NCBI RefSeq assembly: GCF_006345805.1
Contig: NC_043005.1
Location: 56,482,001 to 56,546,000 of the forward strand
DNA: 64,000 nt
Direction: 5' to 3'
Origin: Octopus sinensis
Lineage: Eukaryota
The position numbers were made by a program, and so were the translations under genes. The first letter of the stretch is position 1. Every line of letters begins with the position of its first letter. This document shows positions 28,481 through 41,531 of this stretch, one piece after another. The notes beneath the pieces were generated by a model, which saw only the letters and a list, made by a program, of their open reading frames with translations, did no database searches and was not told where the DNA came from.

Positions 28481-28606
28481 ATCCTGTGCCCATGTATGCA
28501 TGTACATATACATATATATGTAGGTATGTACATATATATATGTATATATGCATATGTTATTTATATTATATACATCAGCATGGCCGCAGCTCTGAGCTGA
28601 AACTAG

Positions 28607-28649
<43 letters not shown>

Positions 28650-28876
28650 AGATAAGAAAATGGAGAAATACATCTAAATCAAATATCAATTATCAGATAA
28701 TACTCAATCACATACTTTATTAAACCACCACATAAGAGACTGTATGGTTAAACATAAAAAAGCAGAACAAATCAGTGTACATAAAGGAATGTACATAAAA
28801 AAGTGTACATAAAAGAGTAATGTTGTATAATAAGTAGAATATATATAAAAAAGAGAATATAAATATAAGTATAGAT

Positions 28877-29009
28877 TACATCTTACAGCTGTTTCGGCCA
28901 TGCAGATAAGTATGTCTCATTTTACCAATATTAGCTTTTTATGGTAGATCAATATATAGATATAAATGAGACATTTACAAAAATATCATAAGGCCTCCTC
29001 GGAGATATA
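28877..29009 (-). ncRNA. Type I hammerhead ribozyme with U4C core and about 90-nt stem II extension
   Basis: TATATCT-CCGAGGA-GGCC[insert]GGCC-GAAA-CAGCTG-TA-AGATGTA: 7-bp stem I (one G-U), palindromic ACAGCTGT stem III, GUA triplet. Confidence 0.7.
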
Positions 29010-30152
29010 CATATACATATGAGTGCATATACTCACACTCCTATACACATAAAAATATACATATACATAATAATGTAAATAAATAATATAAATTAGTAAA
29101 CATATATATGTTCCATATTCAACGCTTCAGTTCTTCAACTTAATATTATGATAATAAGCATACACATATTAGTACCTAGATGCAAATATACATAGTCAAT
29201 AGTACATTATATTACTTCCTACTAATTTCCAAAGTGTCATTAAAGTTAGCATCATTATCGTTGTCAATACCATTAATGCTACCATTGTTATCATACATAA
29301 TATTATTAATAACGCTTACATTAGGATCCGAAGTGGCACATATGTATGTCCGGGTTCCAGTTAGTAATTTTCCTTATGACATAAATACACTATTGGATTT
29401 GAATTTAAATTATCATTGTCTGCCTCATGGTTGGTCCGTTGAGACCCGCCCGACCTCCACCACACCGCACAAGAAAAACATGCACATCCACATCCAACCT
29501 TAAACCCACACGTCCACATAAAAACCCACACACACATGAATACACCCCGACACATCCCTACACATTCACTAGATTGCAGAGTGCATGTCTGTCATCGCAT
29601 GGCTTATAGACAAATCAGTACAGGCAGCAGTGTCCATACACTAACACACACACTCACACGCACATCCGCATATACTCATAAATATTAATACACTCTCATA
29701 TACTGTATCAGGGAACATTCGCACACACATATATACATATTTAAATATATGTCTGTGCACTCATACGTACAAATAAAACCTATACTTACATCTACCCATG
29801 AATAAATATTTGCATATACATATATACATATCCAAAGACGCACCTGCGTACTGATATGTATAAGAAAAACATACATCCGTACATCCACCCACGAACATAC
29901 CTATACGTACAAAAACATACATACGTACACATACACATTTTCAGACACTTCTACACCTCAACCCACATCCACTAAATCATAAATTAAAATATATGTCTGC
30001 CCATCCAAAGACGTATATATACATACACAAAAAGTAAACAGAAGTTACTATTAACTTAGATATAAGTTCATTAATTATAAATTAAATTAAATTGATTATA
30101 AGTTAGTAAGTGCCAAATAAACAAAAATAAATAATTAAATAAATAAATATAA

Positions 30153-30184
<32 letters not shown>

Positions 30185-31281
30185 CCATGTATAGATAAAT
30201 AGATAAATAAAATGGAATACAAATTAAGGAGAGCACAAAGATAAACCTAATATAGTAAATATAAGTGGATACGCCGAAATGCATCCACATGCACATACAT
30301 GTGCATGCACGCCCCCGCACGGACACGCGAATTCATGGCTGGGCCCAAACTCACACACGATCACCGAGATGTACACCAGAACACGCGTACAAGTACACGC
30401 GAATGTCCGCAAGCGCTGCACGCGAGAGTGCACACACTGATGCACATGCGCGGGCGCACAAACTTCGGTGCAGCGCCACCCGAGCCCACGCTTGTGCAGC
30501 AGAAATACAACAACCCCCAACAAACCAACCGAAAAAAAACCCCCAAAAAAACCCTTATTTGCTCATCGGGATAGACAACTTATACTAATTATAGACTCTC
30601 ACATATTACATATTGGTATAGCAAAAACTCAAACTAGTGCCCTAGTGCCCTAAGGTATGATGCGCTTATACACCCTACACAGATAAAAGACTCTGTGGGG
30701 TTCCGAACATCATGCATATATCAGAATAACTCAATTTGTATGTGTATATATATATATATATATATTATTGTGTAGATATGTTTGTGTGAAGAACAATTTA
30801 TTCTTTCATTGTTATTTATTAATTGATCTGGTTTAAATAATAACATACACACACACGCAGTACACATACACAATACACACACACACACACACTCTAACAC
30901 TAGCACACACACACACACTTGCACACAGACACGCACACACTTGCACACACACAGACACGCATACATATATATGATAGCGAGAATAGTAGTCTACATTTTC
31001 TTATAGAAAGCTAATATCAAATTGCATAATTCGGTGCAACAATCAGACGCAACTGATTTTTTAATCTCTTGTTTCGAAAGAGTTAGACTTTATGGTAGTT
31101 GCTGTGAGAAGTGAGGAAGGGGACACACATACCCTCATGCGTTGGAGCAGTCCGGATGTTGTCGTGATATGTGTCGAATGTTGGGGCTTTTTTAAACCTA
31201 GCGAAGCTTATCCCCCTTCAGATCAGATTACAAGAAATTCCACACACACACACTTTTCTTTCCTCCTTTCCCTGCTCCTCT

Positions 31282-31313
<32 letters not shown>

Positions 31314-31728
31314 AGTGTGTGTGTGTGAGTGTGTGTGAGTATGTGCGTGTGTGTGTGCGTGTATGTGTGTGTGTGTGAGTGTGTGTATGTATGTGTGTAT
31401 GTGTGTGTGTGTGTGTGTGCGTGTGTGTGTGAGTGTGTGTGTGTGCGTGTGAAATCACTTTTAATCTGATTTGAAATGTCCCCCCTCTCCACTGCTGCTT
31501 CTTATTTTTGATGGACCCCAAAGAATGAAAAGGAAAAGTCGACCTCGCGCTGGGATTTCAACGCAGAGTACAGAAAGCCAGAGTAAATACAGCAAAACAT
31601 TGTACCGACTCGACACCCAATTCGCGAACACCTCCAGCCATGCCCGCGCTTGTGTGCACGTGCATATGTAAATGAACTTTGACCGCATTAGAAATCAAAA
31701 CGTGTTTTATTTTTATTTTTCAATGACA

Positions 31729-31877
31729 GTGGCTGTGTGGTAAGTAGCTTGTTTACCAACCACATGGTTGCGGGTTCAGTCCCACTGTGTGGCAACTTGG
31801 GCAAGTGTCTTCTACTATAGCCTCGGGCCGACCAAAGCCTTGTGAGTGGATTTGGTAGACGGTGAAAGAAGCCCGTC

Positions 31878-31928
<51 letters not shown>

Positions 31929-32145
31929 TGTGTGTGCGTTTGTGTGTCTGTGTTTGTCCCCCTAGCATTGCTTGACAACTGATGCTGGTGTGTTTATGTC
32001 CCCGTTACTTAGCGGTTCGGCAAAAGAGACCGATAGAATAAGTACTAGGCTTACAAAAGAATAAGTCCCGGGGACGAGTTGCGCGACTAAAGGCGGTGCT
32101 CCAGCATGGCCGCAGTCAAATGACTGAAACAAGCAAAAGAGTAAA
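31729..32145 (+). mobile_element. SINE family A, full length
   Basis: gtggctgtgtggttaagtagc (A box) .. gggttcagtccc (B box) .. gtcaaatgactgaaacaag tail. Confidence 0.92.
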
Positions 32146-32389
32146 GGGCAAGAGTATAAGGCACAAACCTTTGTGCACCATGATCTGGTTTCGTGCAGGA
32201 CAATTTTTCCAACGGTCCGGAGGATCATGCGCATAACAACACACCCCAACAAAATGTATAATATATAATTTAATCACTACATATATAATACATATATCAT
32301 GCAACGCCTAGCACACAGCGGAAGTCAATAAAATAGAAATTATATTTTAAAATTTCGGGTTGAACTTCTGGTATGCTTGGACGATTACT

Positions 32390-32662
32390 CTCTTTTACTC
32401 TCTGTTACTTGTTTCAGTCATATGACTGCGGCCATGCTGGAGTACCGCCTTTTAGTCGAGCAAATCGACCCCCAGGACTTATTCTTTGTAAGCCCAGTAC
32501 TTATTCTATCGGTCTCTTTTGCCGAACCGCTAAGTAACGGGGACGTAAACATACCAGCATCGGTTGTCAAGCGATGTTGGTGGGGGGGAACAAACACAGG
32601 CACACAAACACACACACACACATATATACATACATATACATATATATATATATATACATATA

Positions 32663-32745
<83 letters not shown>

Positions 32746-32927
32746 GATAGATAGATAGATAGATAGATAGATACGACAGGCTTCTTTCAGTTTCCGTCAA
32801 CCAAATCCACTCACAAGGCTTTGGTCGGCCCGAGGCTATAGTAGAAGACACTTTCCCAAGGTGCCACGCAGTGGGACTGAACCCGGAACCGTGTGGTTGG
32901 TAAACAAGCTACTTACCACACAGCCAC
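32390..32927 (-). mobile_element. SINE family A, full length, tail-to-tail with the previous copy
   Basis: Reverse complement of the family A consensus. Confidence 0.92.
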
Positions 32928-33419
32928 TTGCCGGACTTGTGCCTCCGTGGGGAACTTTCTAGGTGCAGTCCCATGGTAATTCGTGACTGAAGAAGGTCTT
33001 TACCCTTTACCCTTTACCCTTTACCCTTTTGTATTTAAAAACTTTCTGCTTTCTGTGCGGAGGTCAATTGGAGTAAAGAAGTGAAATAAGTTCAACCCAT
33101 AATTGAAATCTTATCGCAAAGTTCATTATTTTGTCTATAACACTTCCAATCAGGGTACAAAGTTGGAGTGCAACAACCGTCAGCACGAACGGGGTGATAG
33201 TATGATAACATCAACGGATGTTGAGATAACGATATGACCAATAACAAATCGGTTCTCTTACAGTAAGTCTTATCTGACGTGTCACAGATGCACATGTTTA
33301 TTGTCACAGTCAACGACATTAGTTAACGACGCGACTGATATTATATTCCTTTCCCCCACCCCATATATGTGTGTGTATGCATGAATATATAAATATGTGT
33401 ATATGTGTGTATGTATGTA

Positions 33420-33580
33420 TGTATGTATGTATGTATATATATAACGGGAAGCTTTATGAAAATAAACAAAAGACGAAGGCAGGTGGAAAACAAACGAACA
33501 ATTGTATTAGTATGGCGCTCAGGAAATATAAATAAAACAAGTCTTTAACGTTTCGAGCCTACGCTCTTCAACAGAAAGAT
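33420..33580 (-). mobile_element. Penelope-like terminal fragment (family P2)
   Basis: Homologous to 12300-12430 and 7520-7680. Confidence 0.65.
33543..33578 (-). ncRNA. Minimal hammerhead ribozyme, A6U core variant
   Basis: CTTT-CTGTTGA-A-GAGC(GTAG)GCTC-GAAA-CGT-T-AAAG; identical to 12391-12426 except a GUU triplet. Confidence 0.65.
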
Positions 33581-33834
33581 GTGTGTGTATGTGTATACAT
33601 TCATACATACACATGTATATGTATGTAGCTTTTATGTATATATGCTAATGCATTTGTATATATGTATGTTCGAAATGAAGAGTAGATAGACAGCCGACAA
33701 CTGATGAAGGGCCCTTTCTTTGTGTTTACTTATCCTGTTTACTATTTTTCTCGTTGTTCACGTATTTAACTCGTTTGTTTACGCATTTCATGTTATTTGC
33801 ACCGCTGGTGATGTCCTGTACCCATATTTGCATG

Positions 33835-33881
<47 letters not shown>

Positions 33882-33890
33882 ACATATGCA

Positions 33891-34061
<171 letters not shown>

Positions 34062-34189
34062 GTATATATATGTATATATATGTATATATATACACACATA
34101 CACACATATATACACACACCCTCATACATAATACATACATACATACATATGTATATATATACATATACATATATATATGATAAATAATA

Positions 34190-34311
<122 letters not shown>

Positions 34312-34712
34312 GGAGTAAGCACATAAATGTGAAACACGGTGGACAAAATAGGTTGTATATTATAGATGGTTTAGTATGAACATATACTGCTAAATGTATG
34401 TGTAATCGAACGTAGAAAACATTTATTTTTAAACGTATCTAACTTTTAATGTATTAATTGATTTATATTTTATGTTCTATATTTTACAAATAAAATTTAC
34501 CTTGCGTATTTATTTAAACTCTTTAATTTAAGGTTTTCATCGATTTTATATTAAGATGATTTTATACCGATATTTGTTCATTGCATGCTACCGGTCATTG
34601 TAAAGACCGTTAGTTGAAAGGGCAAAGGAAACGAAACCATTTTCAAATGTGTATCCATTAAACTTACTGTATATGTTTGCTTATAACCTTGTTTCTGTTT
34701 CATTCTAAACAT

Positions 34713-34754
34713 AACTGCCCGACGAACAGGAACGTGAAACTCTGAGTAACAGTT
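34713..34754 (+). ncRNA. Hammerhead ribozyme, U4C core variant
   Basis: AACTG-C-CCGACGA-AC(AGGAAC)GT-GAAA-CTC(T)GAG-TA-A-CAGTT; short stem II, A-C mismatch at the base of stem I. Confidence 0.55.
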
Positions 34755-34849
34755 TCTGTGGTATTTTTGCTGCTTTTCAATATATATATATATGCATGTA
34801 TACATGTATGTATATACACTTTATTGAAAAGCAGCAAAAATACCACAGA

Positions 34850-34891
34850 AACTGTTACTCAGAGTTTCACGTTCCTGTTCGTCGGGCAGTT
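34850..34891 (-). ncRNA. Mirror copy of the 34713-34754 hammerhead
   Basis: Exact reverse complement in the right palindrome arm. Confidence 0.55.
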
Positions 34892-35296
34892 ATGTTTAGA
34901 ATGAAACAGAAACAAGGTTATAAGCAAACATATACAGTAAGTTTAATGGATACACATTTGAAAATGGTTTCGTTTCCTTTGCCCTTTCAACTAACGGTCT
35001 TTACAATGACCGGTAGCATGCAATGAACAAATATCGGTATAAAATCATCTTAATATAAAATCGATGAAAACCTTAAATTAAAGAGTTTATAAATACGCAA
35101 GGTAAATATTTATTTGTAAAATATAGAACATAAAATATAAATCAATTAATACATTAAAAGTTAAATACGTTTAAAAATAAATGTTTTCTACGTTCGATTA
35201 CACATACATTTAGCAGTATATGTTCATACTAAACCATCTATAATATACAAACCTATTTTGTCCACCGTGTTTCACATTTATGTGCTTACTCCGGTG

Positions 35297-35374
<78 letters not shown>

Positions 35375-35499
35375 CATATATATATGTATATTATTTATTA
35401 TTTATCATATATATATGTATATGTATATATATATACATATGTATGTATGTATTATGTATGAGGGGTGTGTATATATGTGTGTATGTGTGTGTGTTGGAG

Positions 35500-36540
35500 T
35501 ATTCCTGTTTTCTTAAAACAAAGATATGAGCAATATTGTTGGAATGTAGATAAAAAGCAGTGTCACACGTTGAACTTCAGGAAAGTTTTGAATATTTTTA
35601 CTGTTCCGCCTACAGATTGCATTTGTAATGTACATGTTTCCTGGTTGATTTCTTTTCCTGAAAATCCTAACTTTTCCAGATTGCCACTTAGGTATTTACA
35701 CAGAAAACAGAATGCCTCAATTATTATTTGTATAAATGTGTATTTATAATTTGGATGAAGAACCTGAAGGCTTCAAAGCAATTATCCATAACTGCCTTCG
35801 TTCTCTTTGATCTTCGCAGGCAGCTGACATATATGACGGTACATATTTTTTCTTGTCACTCCCAAACTATATCCGGCCTTTATGTTTGCCTGTTATGTTT
35901 GTTCACAGTAGACATTTTGATAAGAATGTCCCACCAATGTTCCTTGTGCTCATATTTATCACGTATATGTTCAATGACAGTGTATATATATATATATATT
36001 TCGGATGGCACTACTTATTGTTTTAGCAACAACGTCGCGTCGTTTTGGGGATTTAGTGTTTTCATGATATTTTGGGGTAGCTGCTAATCACATGTGTAGT
36101 ATGTTACACAGAAATGTGCCATAATTGACACTTTCAGTTACATCTTGATGCTTCAAGGGTTTCACTGTCTTTTTTTTTATTTATTAGGTATTTTGTACCA
36201 ATCTCTTGTTCCTAGATAGCAAACGCATAGCATTCGAGGTCTGATGTAGCTGTTACGAGTTCAAAAAGACAAACCTTCATGTCGATATAAATGTTATCTT
36301 GAAGTCTTCGAGAAATGTACCCAGTTTTTCTTGTTGTATGCTGAGCGTTTCACACCCAGATCTTCTTTGAGGTATGATACTCCACCTGTTTTGGGGTTAT
36401 ATGGGAGCTTGTCGAGGAGAGGGTACTTCCTTAGGAATTCAATGCTGATTTGTAAGATGCTGTTCTCTTCGCCTTCCAGCACTAGGTTTATATATTTATA
36501 TTTGCCGCAGTTGTTTAGCAAATGCTGTCTGAAAGTTGAA
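35500..36540 (-). mobile_element. R4/Dong-like RLE LINE, 3' segment (thumb, CCHC remnant, RLE), decayed
   Basis: STFRQHLLNNCGKYKYINLVLEGEENSILQI..DVVAKTISSAI..EHWWDILIK..RPDIVW..KICTVIYVSC..LEKLGFSGKEI..LQMQSVGGTVKIFKTFLKFNV*. Confidence 0.85.
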
Positions 36541-37110
36541 CTCAGTGTGCTAGATAGACCAGCTAACAGTTACACGTACAACAGGAGTAGCTAAAAACCA
36601 GGAAAGATATATGACTAAGAATTAGAGATCCAGTGGAGCTTGAATGCAATGTATCAAAGTTATAAACAGGTTGCTTGAATATATTCCTCTAGGGTTACTG
36701 AGAAACACAGAGTGATGACTGAGAAGTAGACAGGAGGAAAGAAAGGAATATGAGGCTGTGTCGAGCAGATCTTCATCAAACACATCTATTCTTGAAGAAG
36801 CTAAACAGCACCCCAGCAATCCCCTGTTTGTATGACAAGACTACAAGTATAACCATAACCGTTTAACTATCTGTCACTCATGAATAAGAACTGAAGCGAC
36901 TGCTGTTACTGACGAAACTAAGCAATCAACAGGCATACTCCAGGATGGCAGCCATGTAATGCTTTTCATTATAACTATCCCTTGTCAGCACTGTTAAGAA
37001 AATTCAAAGAATACATAACACGATCTGCAGGTGGGAGAAACATTAATGCTGATACACTTATAATCGTTGCATTCACAAGATGATTCAATTTGGATATCAT
37101 TAAAACACAC
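36541..37110 (+). mobile_element. RT core of the same RLE family in inverted orientation
   Basis: Plus strand, across frameshifts: LTVTRTTGVAKNQ..LNAMY..GGKKGI*GCVEQIFI..ILEEAKQH..DYK..GILQDGS..PLSALLRKF..FT/DD. Confidence 0.8.
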
Positions 37111-37301
37111 AAAAGGAATTAATACATAAAATAATCATAGACCCTAAAAGAAAATGTTTCTCGTACATTTTCTAGGGAAGCATGCCGTTTTCAAGATGCT
37201 TGCAATAATGTGCATATTGAATGAAATTAATGATTTTTTTTTCATCGGTAAATTTTCCAATATTTATTGCAATGTTCGGTTGAATACAATGCTGTTAGCT
37301 T

Positions 37302-37366
<65 letters not shown>

Positions 37367-37511
37367 TTCTCTATCTCTATCTCTCTCTTCCCCTCTCTCT
37401 CTCTTCCCCTCTCTCTCTCTTCCTTTCTCTCCCCTCTCTCTCTCTTTCTTTCCCTCTCTCTCTCTCTCGCTCTCTCTCGCTCTCTAACTATCTATCTATT
37501 TGTGTACGTGT

Positions 37512-37549
<38 letters not shown>

Positions 37550-37844
37550 ACATGCATGCGTGCGTGCATGCATGTGTGCGTGTAGCAAAGGAGGAAACAA
37601 CTGAAAATGAACTTGCATTATATATGATCTTTATGCTTGAATAGTTGTGCGCTTGTGCAAAATTTCAGCTACTAAAGTGTGAAACTGTGGCTTGCGACTG
37701 GGAACGTACATGCATTCACTTTACATTTATACACACACATTTATGTGTATGTGTGTACATGAGCACATAATTACACACCACACACATGCACACACTTGTG
37801 ACTGACAGACAGTATAATTAAATAACATGCTTCACGATATTTAC

Positions 37845-38381
37845 CTTTGATGGACAATCCTGCTGGTCCGATGTAAGATATGAGGTATCATCGTGACCAT
37901 CCTCATCTTCAACATCATTATCACCAGTCTGATCACAGTGACAACAGTCATCATAATAACCATCTTGACCATTATCATTATGATCGCCACATTTGTATGA
38001 ATTATCATCGTATGCATTATAATCCTCATCGTTGTTGACGTCCTGATTATCATCGTTAACATTATTGGAGAAGGAGTGTCCGTGTGGAAGTGGAGTGGAT
38101 CGAAAACGCAAACCGTAGAGATCTTGTGGTAACGGAGGGGGTGGCCTGGGCGGTGGGCTCGGGGAAGAATTCTGGCAGTTGACCGAGCATGGGGCGGAGA
38201 ACGAAGAGTGAGTGCAGGAAGAGGAGAAATTTTGCCAACACTGTTGCTTGTCTTCAGAATCGCGTAGTACGTGTACCTGCTTGCAACACCTCATCAAAAC
38301 CCAGTGGTTTGACTGCGTTTGTTTGTTAAGTCTGGTCTGCTCTTCTCCCGAATTACGGTAGCACGAAACAACAAACCACAT
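37845..38381 (-). CDS. Candidate first coding exon (179 aa): Cys-rich N-terminus, Pro-rich linker, Asp/Asn-rich acidic tract; gene unknown
   Basis: Longest unique ORF in the window (203 codons), GC above background, aaacATG start, ends exactly at donor AAG|GTAAAT (phase 0). Confidence 0.55.
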
Positions 38382-38861
38382 GTTTAGCTTGTTTCTTGTA
38401 TGTATTATATACGTTTTTGTAAATGTCATATATGTATGTAATATATATAAATAAAATGTGATGTGTTTGTGAGTGGGTATATAATGAATTTTATATTTCA
38501 GATTGGTTTATTAAATAAGGTAGGTATGCATCTTTATAAATAGATTTGTATATAAATATATTTTCATATATATAATGGAATATGAAATAAATGACTTTCG
38601 TTCACTGAAACTTACGTAACATTGACTTGACTTCCCTTTTCCTCGATTAGAATTACTGTCGTTCACTTTGTGATGATTATAACATACTTATTTGATATAT
38701 ATATGACTTGGGTTGGTGAAATGCTCCTTTAATAATTGACCGAAGTATGACCAATCATTCTTTTGCTAATCAGATGTAACACTTACACAGCTTTTCGAAT
38801 ACTATGCAAGCAAGATTCTTGCAGGAAGTGCAACAGATCGCTGGGGTTTTACTTATCCCTT

Positions 38862-38939
<78 letters not shown>

Positions 38940-39171
38940 TGTATGTACGTATGTAAGTCCCTTTTTTAGAAGTTCTTCCGGTAGATGATGACAAGACTGA
39001 TTCATTTGTATATATTAATTTGTATATATATATATTTGTATATATTGAGATCAAAAAACGGGCCAATGTCCATTGCTATCATTGGGATTTAGCAGTTCTT
39101 GTACCTTTGCGCGAGCAGCATGAAATAGAAACAAAGAACAAAAAGAAAATAGACAAAAAAGTGCAGTAGTT

Positions 39172-39174
<3 letters not shown>

Positions 39175-39269
<95 letters not shown>

Positions 39270-39298
39270 TGATAATAATAATAATAATAATAATAATG

Positions 39299-39350
<52 letters not shown>
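39175..39350. repeat. (AAT)n microsatellite, about 175 bp
   Basis: Direct reading. Confidence 0.98.
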
Positions 39351-39351
<1 letters not shown>

Positions 39352-39650
39352 CCTTTCTGCTGTAGGCACAGGGCCTGAAATTTTGGGGGAAGAGACTAGC
39401 CGATTACATCGACCCCAGTGTTTTACTGATACTTAATTTATCGAGCCCGAAAGGATGAAAGACAAAGTCGACCTCGGCGGAATTTGAACTCAGGACGTAA
39501 AGCATTTTATCCGGTGCGGTACTCCGACCCCAGTACTTTATTTCATCCTCTCCGGAAAGATGAAAGGAAAATTAACTTCGACGAAATTTGGAACCAGGAT
39601 GTAAAGAGCCGGAATAAATGCCGCAAGACACTTTATCCGATGGTCTAACG
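39350..39650 (-). mobile_element. SINE family B, tail type 2, with a partial internal duplication
   Basis: tcctttctgctgtaggcacagggcctgaaatttt..gtcgacctcggcggaatttgaactc. Confidence 0.8.
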
Positions 39651-39919
39651 ATCGTTTGCACTACTGTAGGCGCAATGTCTTAAATTAGAGTAAACAAGAA
39701 GTGATTTTGTTTGTTTTTGAGTCGGCTTTTTCGTAATCTATTTAAAATATGGTTATTGCACACGCATTCACACCGGTGTGCACACACGCACACACATACA
39801 CATGTACGCACAAAAACTTTCACCTAAACACATATACAATGAATGAGAGTGAGAGAGAGAGAAGCACAGAGAGAGAGAGAAGGACAGAGAGAGAGAGAAG
39901 GACAGAGAGAGAGAGAGAG

Positions 39920-39959
<40 letters not shown>

Positions 39960-40148
39960 GGAGTATAGAGGGAGGGGAAAACAAATAGAAGGAGGGTGAG
40001 AGATGATATCAGAAATAAAACTTCATGGGAATATCGTATTTATTTTATTCTCACCCTCTGAACAGAAGGGTGTGCGTATGTGTGTGCGTGCGTGCGTGTG
40101 TGTGCGTTCGCGAATGTGTATACACATATATGCATATATATATATATA

Positions 40149-40184
<36 letters not shown>

Positions 40185-40230
40185 ATGAATGGGAATGTGT
40201 GTATAAGTAAATATACATACATTTAAACAT

Positions 40231-40275
<45 letters not shown>

Positions 40276-40379
40276 ATTCATGCATAACCCACCCACACAT
40301 ATGTATATAAATGTATATAGATATATGTAAGCATGTGTGTGTGTCTGTGTCTGTGTGCGTGGGTGCGTGTGTGTGCGGG

Positions 40380-40780
40380 TGTGAATACAAACATAAATAC
40401 ATACATACATACATACATACATACACATACATACATACATACATACATACATACATACATGCATGCATGCATGCATGCATGCATACATACATACATACAT
40501 ACATACATGCATGCATGCATGCATGCATGCATGCATACATACATACATACATACATACATACATACATGCATACATACATACATACATACATACATGCAT
40601 ACATACATACACACATACATACATACATACCATACATACATACATACATACATACATACATACATACATACATGCATGCATGCATACATACATACATACA
40701 TACATACATACATACATACATACATACATACATACCATACATACATATATACATACATACATACATATATACGTACACGC
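40380..40780. repeat. (ACAT)n/(GCAT)n compound microsatellite
   Basis: Direct reading. Confidence 0.97.
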
Positions 40781-40908
40781 ATACAGATTCTCATGCGTAA
40801 ACGATGTTGGCATCGGAATCATAAGATCGAAGGTTGCCTTTGAATAAGGCATTTCTTTTCACGTTGTCCCAAAATCATCCACTCTAATGAATACCAGCTC
40901 TCTCTCCA

Positions 40909-40990
<82 letters not shown>

Positions 40991-41139
40991 TATCACATCC
41001 TACCTCGATATTTTATCGTATTTTACGATTTCATTGGATTCACCCACTCATTTTAGGGATTTTGTCGTTCACATATATACATATATTTCATATATATATA
41101 TACATATATATATGTGTGTGTGTGTGTGTATGTATGTAT

Positions 41140-41181
<42 letters not shown>

Positions 41182-41370
41182 TATAAGAGAGATGACCACT
41201 AAGTGGACATCCATATGCTAGAAGGGATGTTCTCAAGAAAATTTAGCAAACGCCAGAACGTAAGCGTTTGCTAAATTTTCTTGAGAACATTCCTTTGTTA
41301 GTGGTAAGACCATAGGGGGGGGGTCAACTTCTAGCATATGGATGTCCACTTAGTGGTCATACCTCTTATA
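41182..41370. repeat. 189-bp nested double inverted repeat (MITE-like)
   Basis: Outer 43-bp IR (2 mismatches) and inner 28-bp perfect stem with a 10-nt loop. Confidence 0.9.
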
Positions 41371-41482
41371 TGTGTGCAATATAATTTTTCTGAATCTTCA
41401 GATTTTTCTATATGCCTGTCCACTTGATCTAAATCAAATTTATTCAATTTTTCACCCTTAATTTTTTATATATATATATATC

Positions 41483-41531
<49 letters not shown>

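Noticed and set aside
30260-30590. GC-richer block with several overlapping ORFs on both strands
   Set aside because: It is built from degenerate CA/CG alternating repeats, with no splice-bounded frame or recognisable domain
32995-33030. (TTTACCC)n resembling a telomeric repeat
   Set aside because: It is not TTAGGG and directly follows the SINE family D 3' end, so it is a SINE tail
33145-33265. Plus-strand segment with a CAG acceptor and a strong GTAAGT donor
   Set aside because: All three frames contain stops; at best non-coding, and such sites are frequent by chance
33668-33712. GAAA...GUA...CUGAUGA order suggesting a type II hammerhead (also 28410-28460)
   Set aside because: I could not form stem I or stem II; more likely a junction of terminal-repeat remnants
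36294-36521. Protein-like ORF (EGEENSILQISIEFLRKYPLL..) with an upstream tttcag acceptor, first read as a host exon
   Set aside because: It is collinear with the downstream CCHC/RLE remnants and is part of the R4/Dong-like LINE
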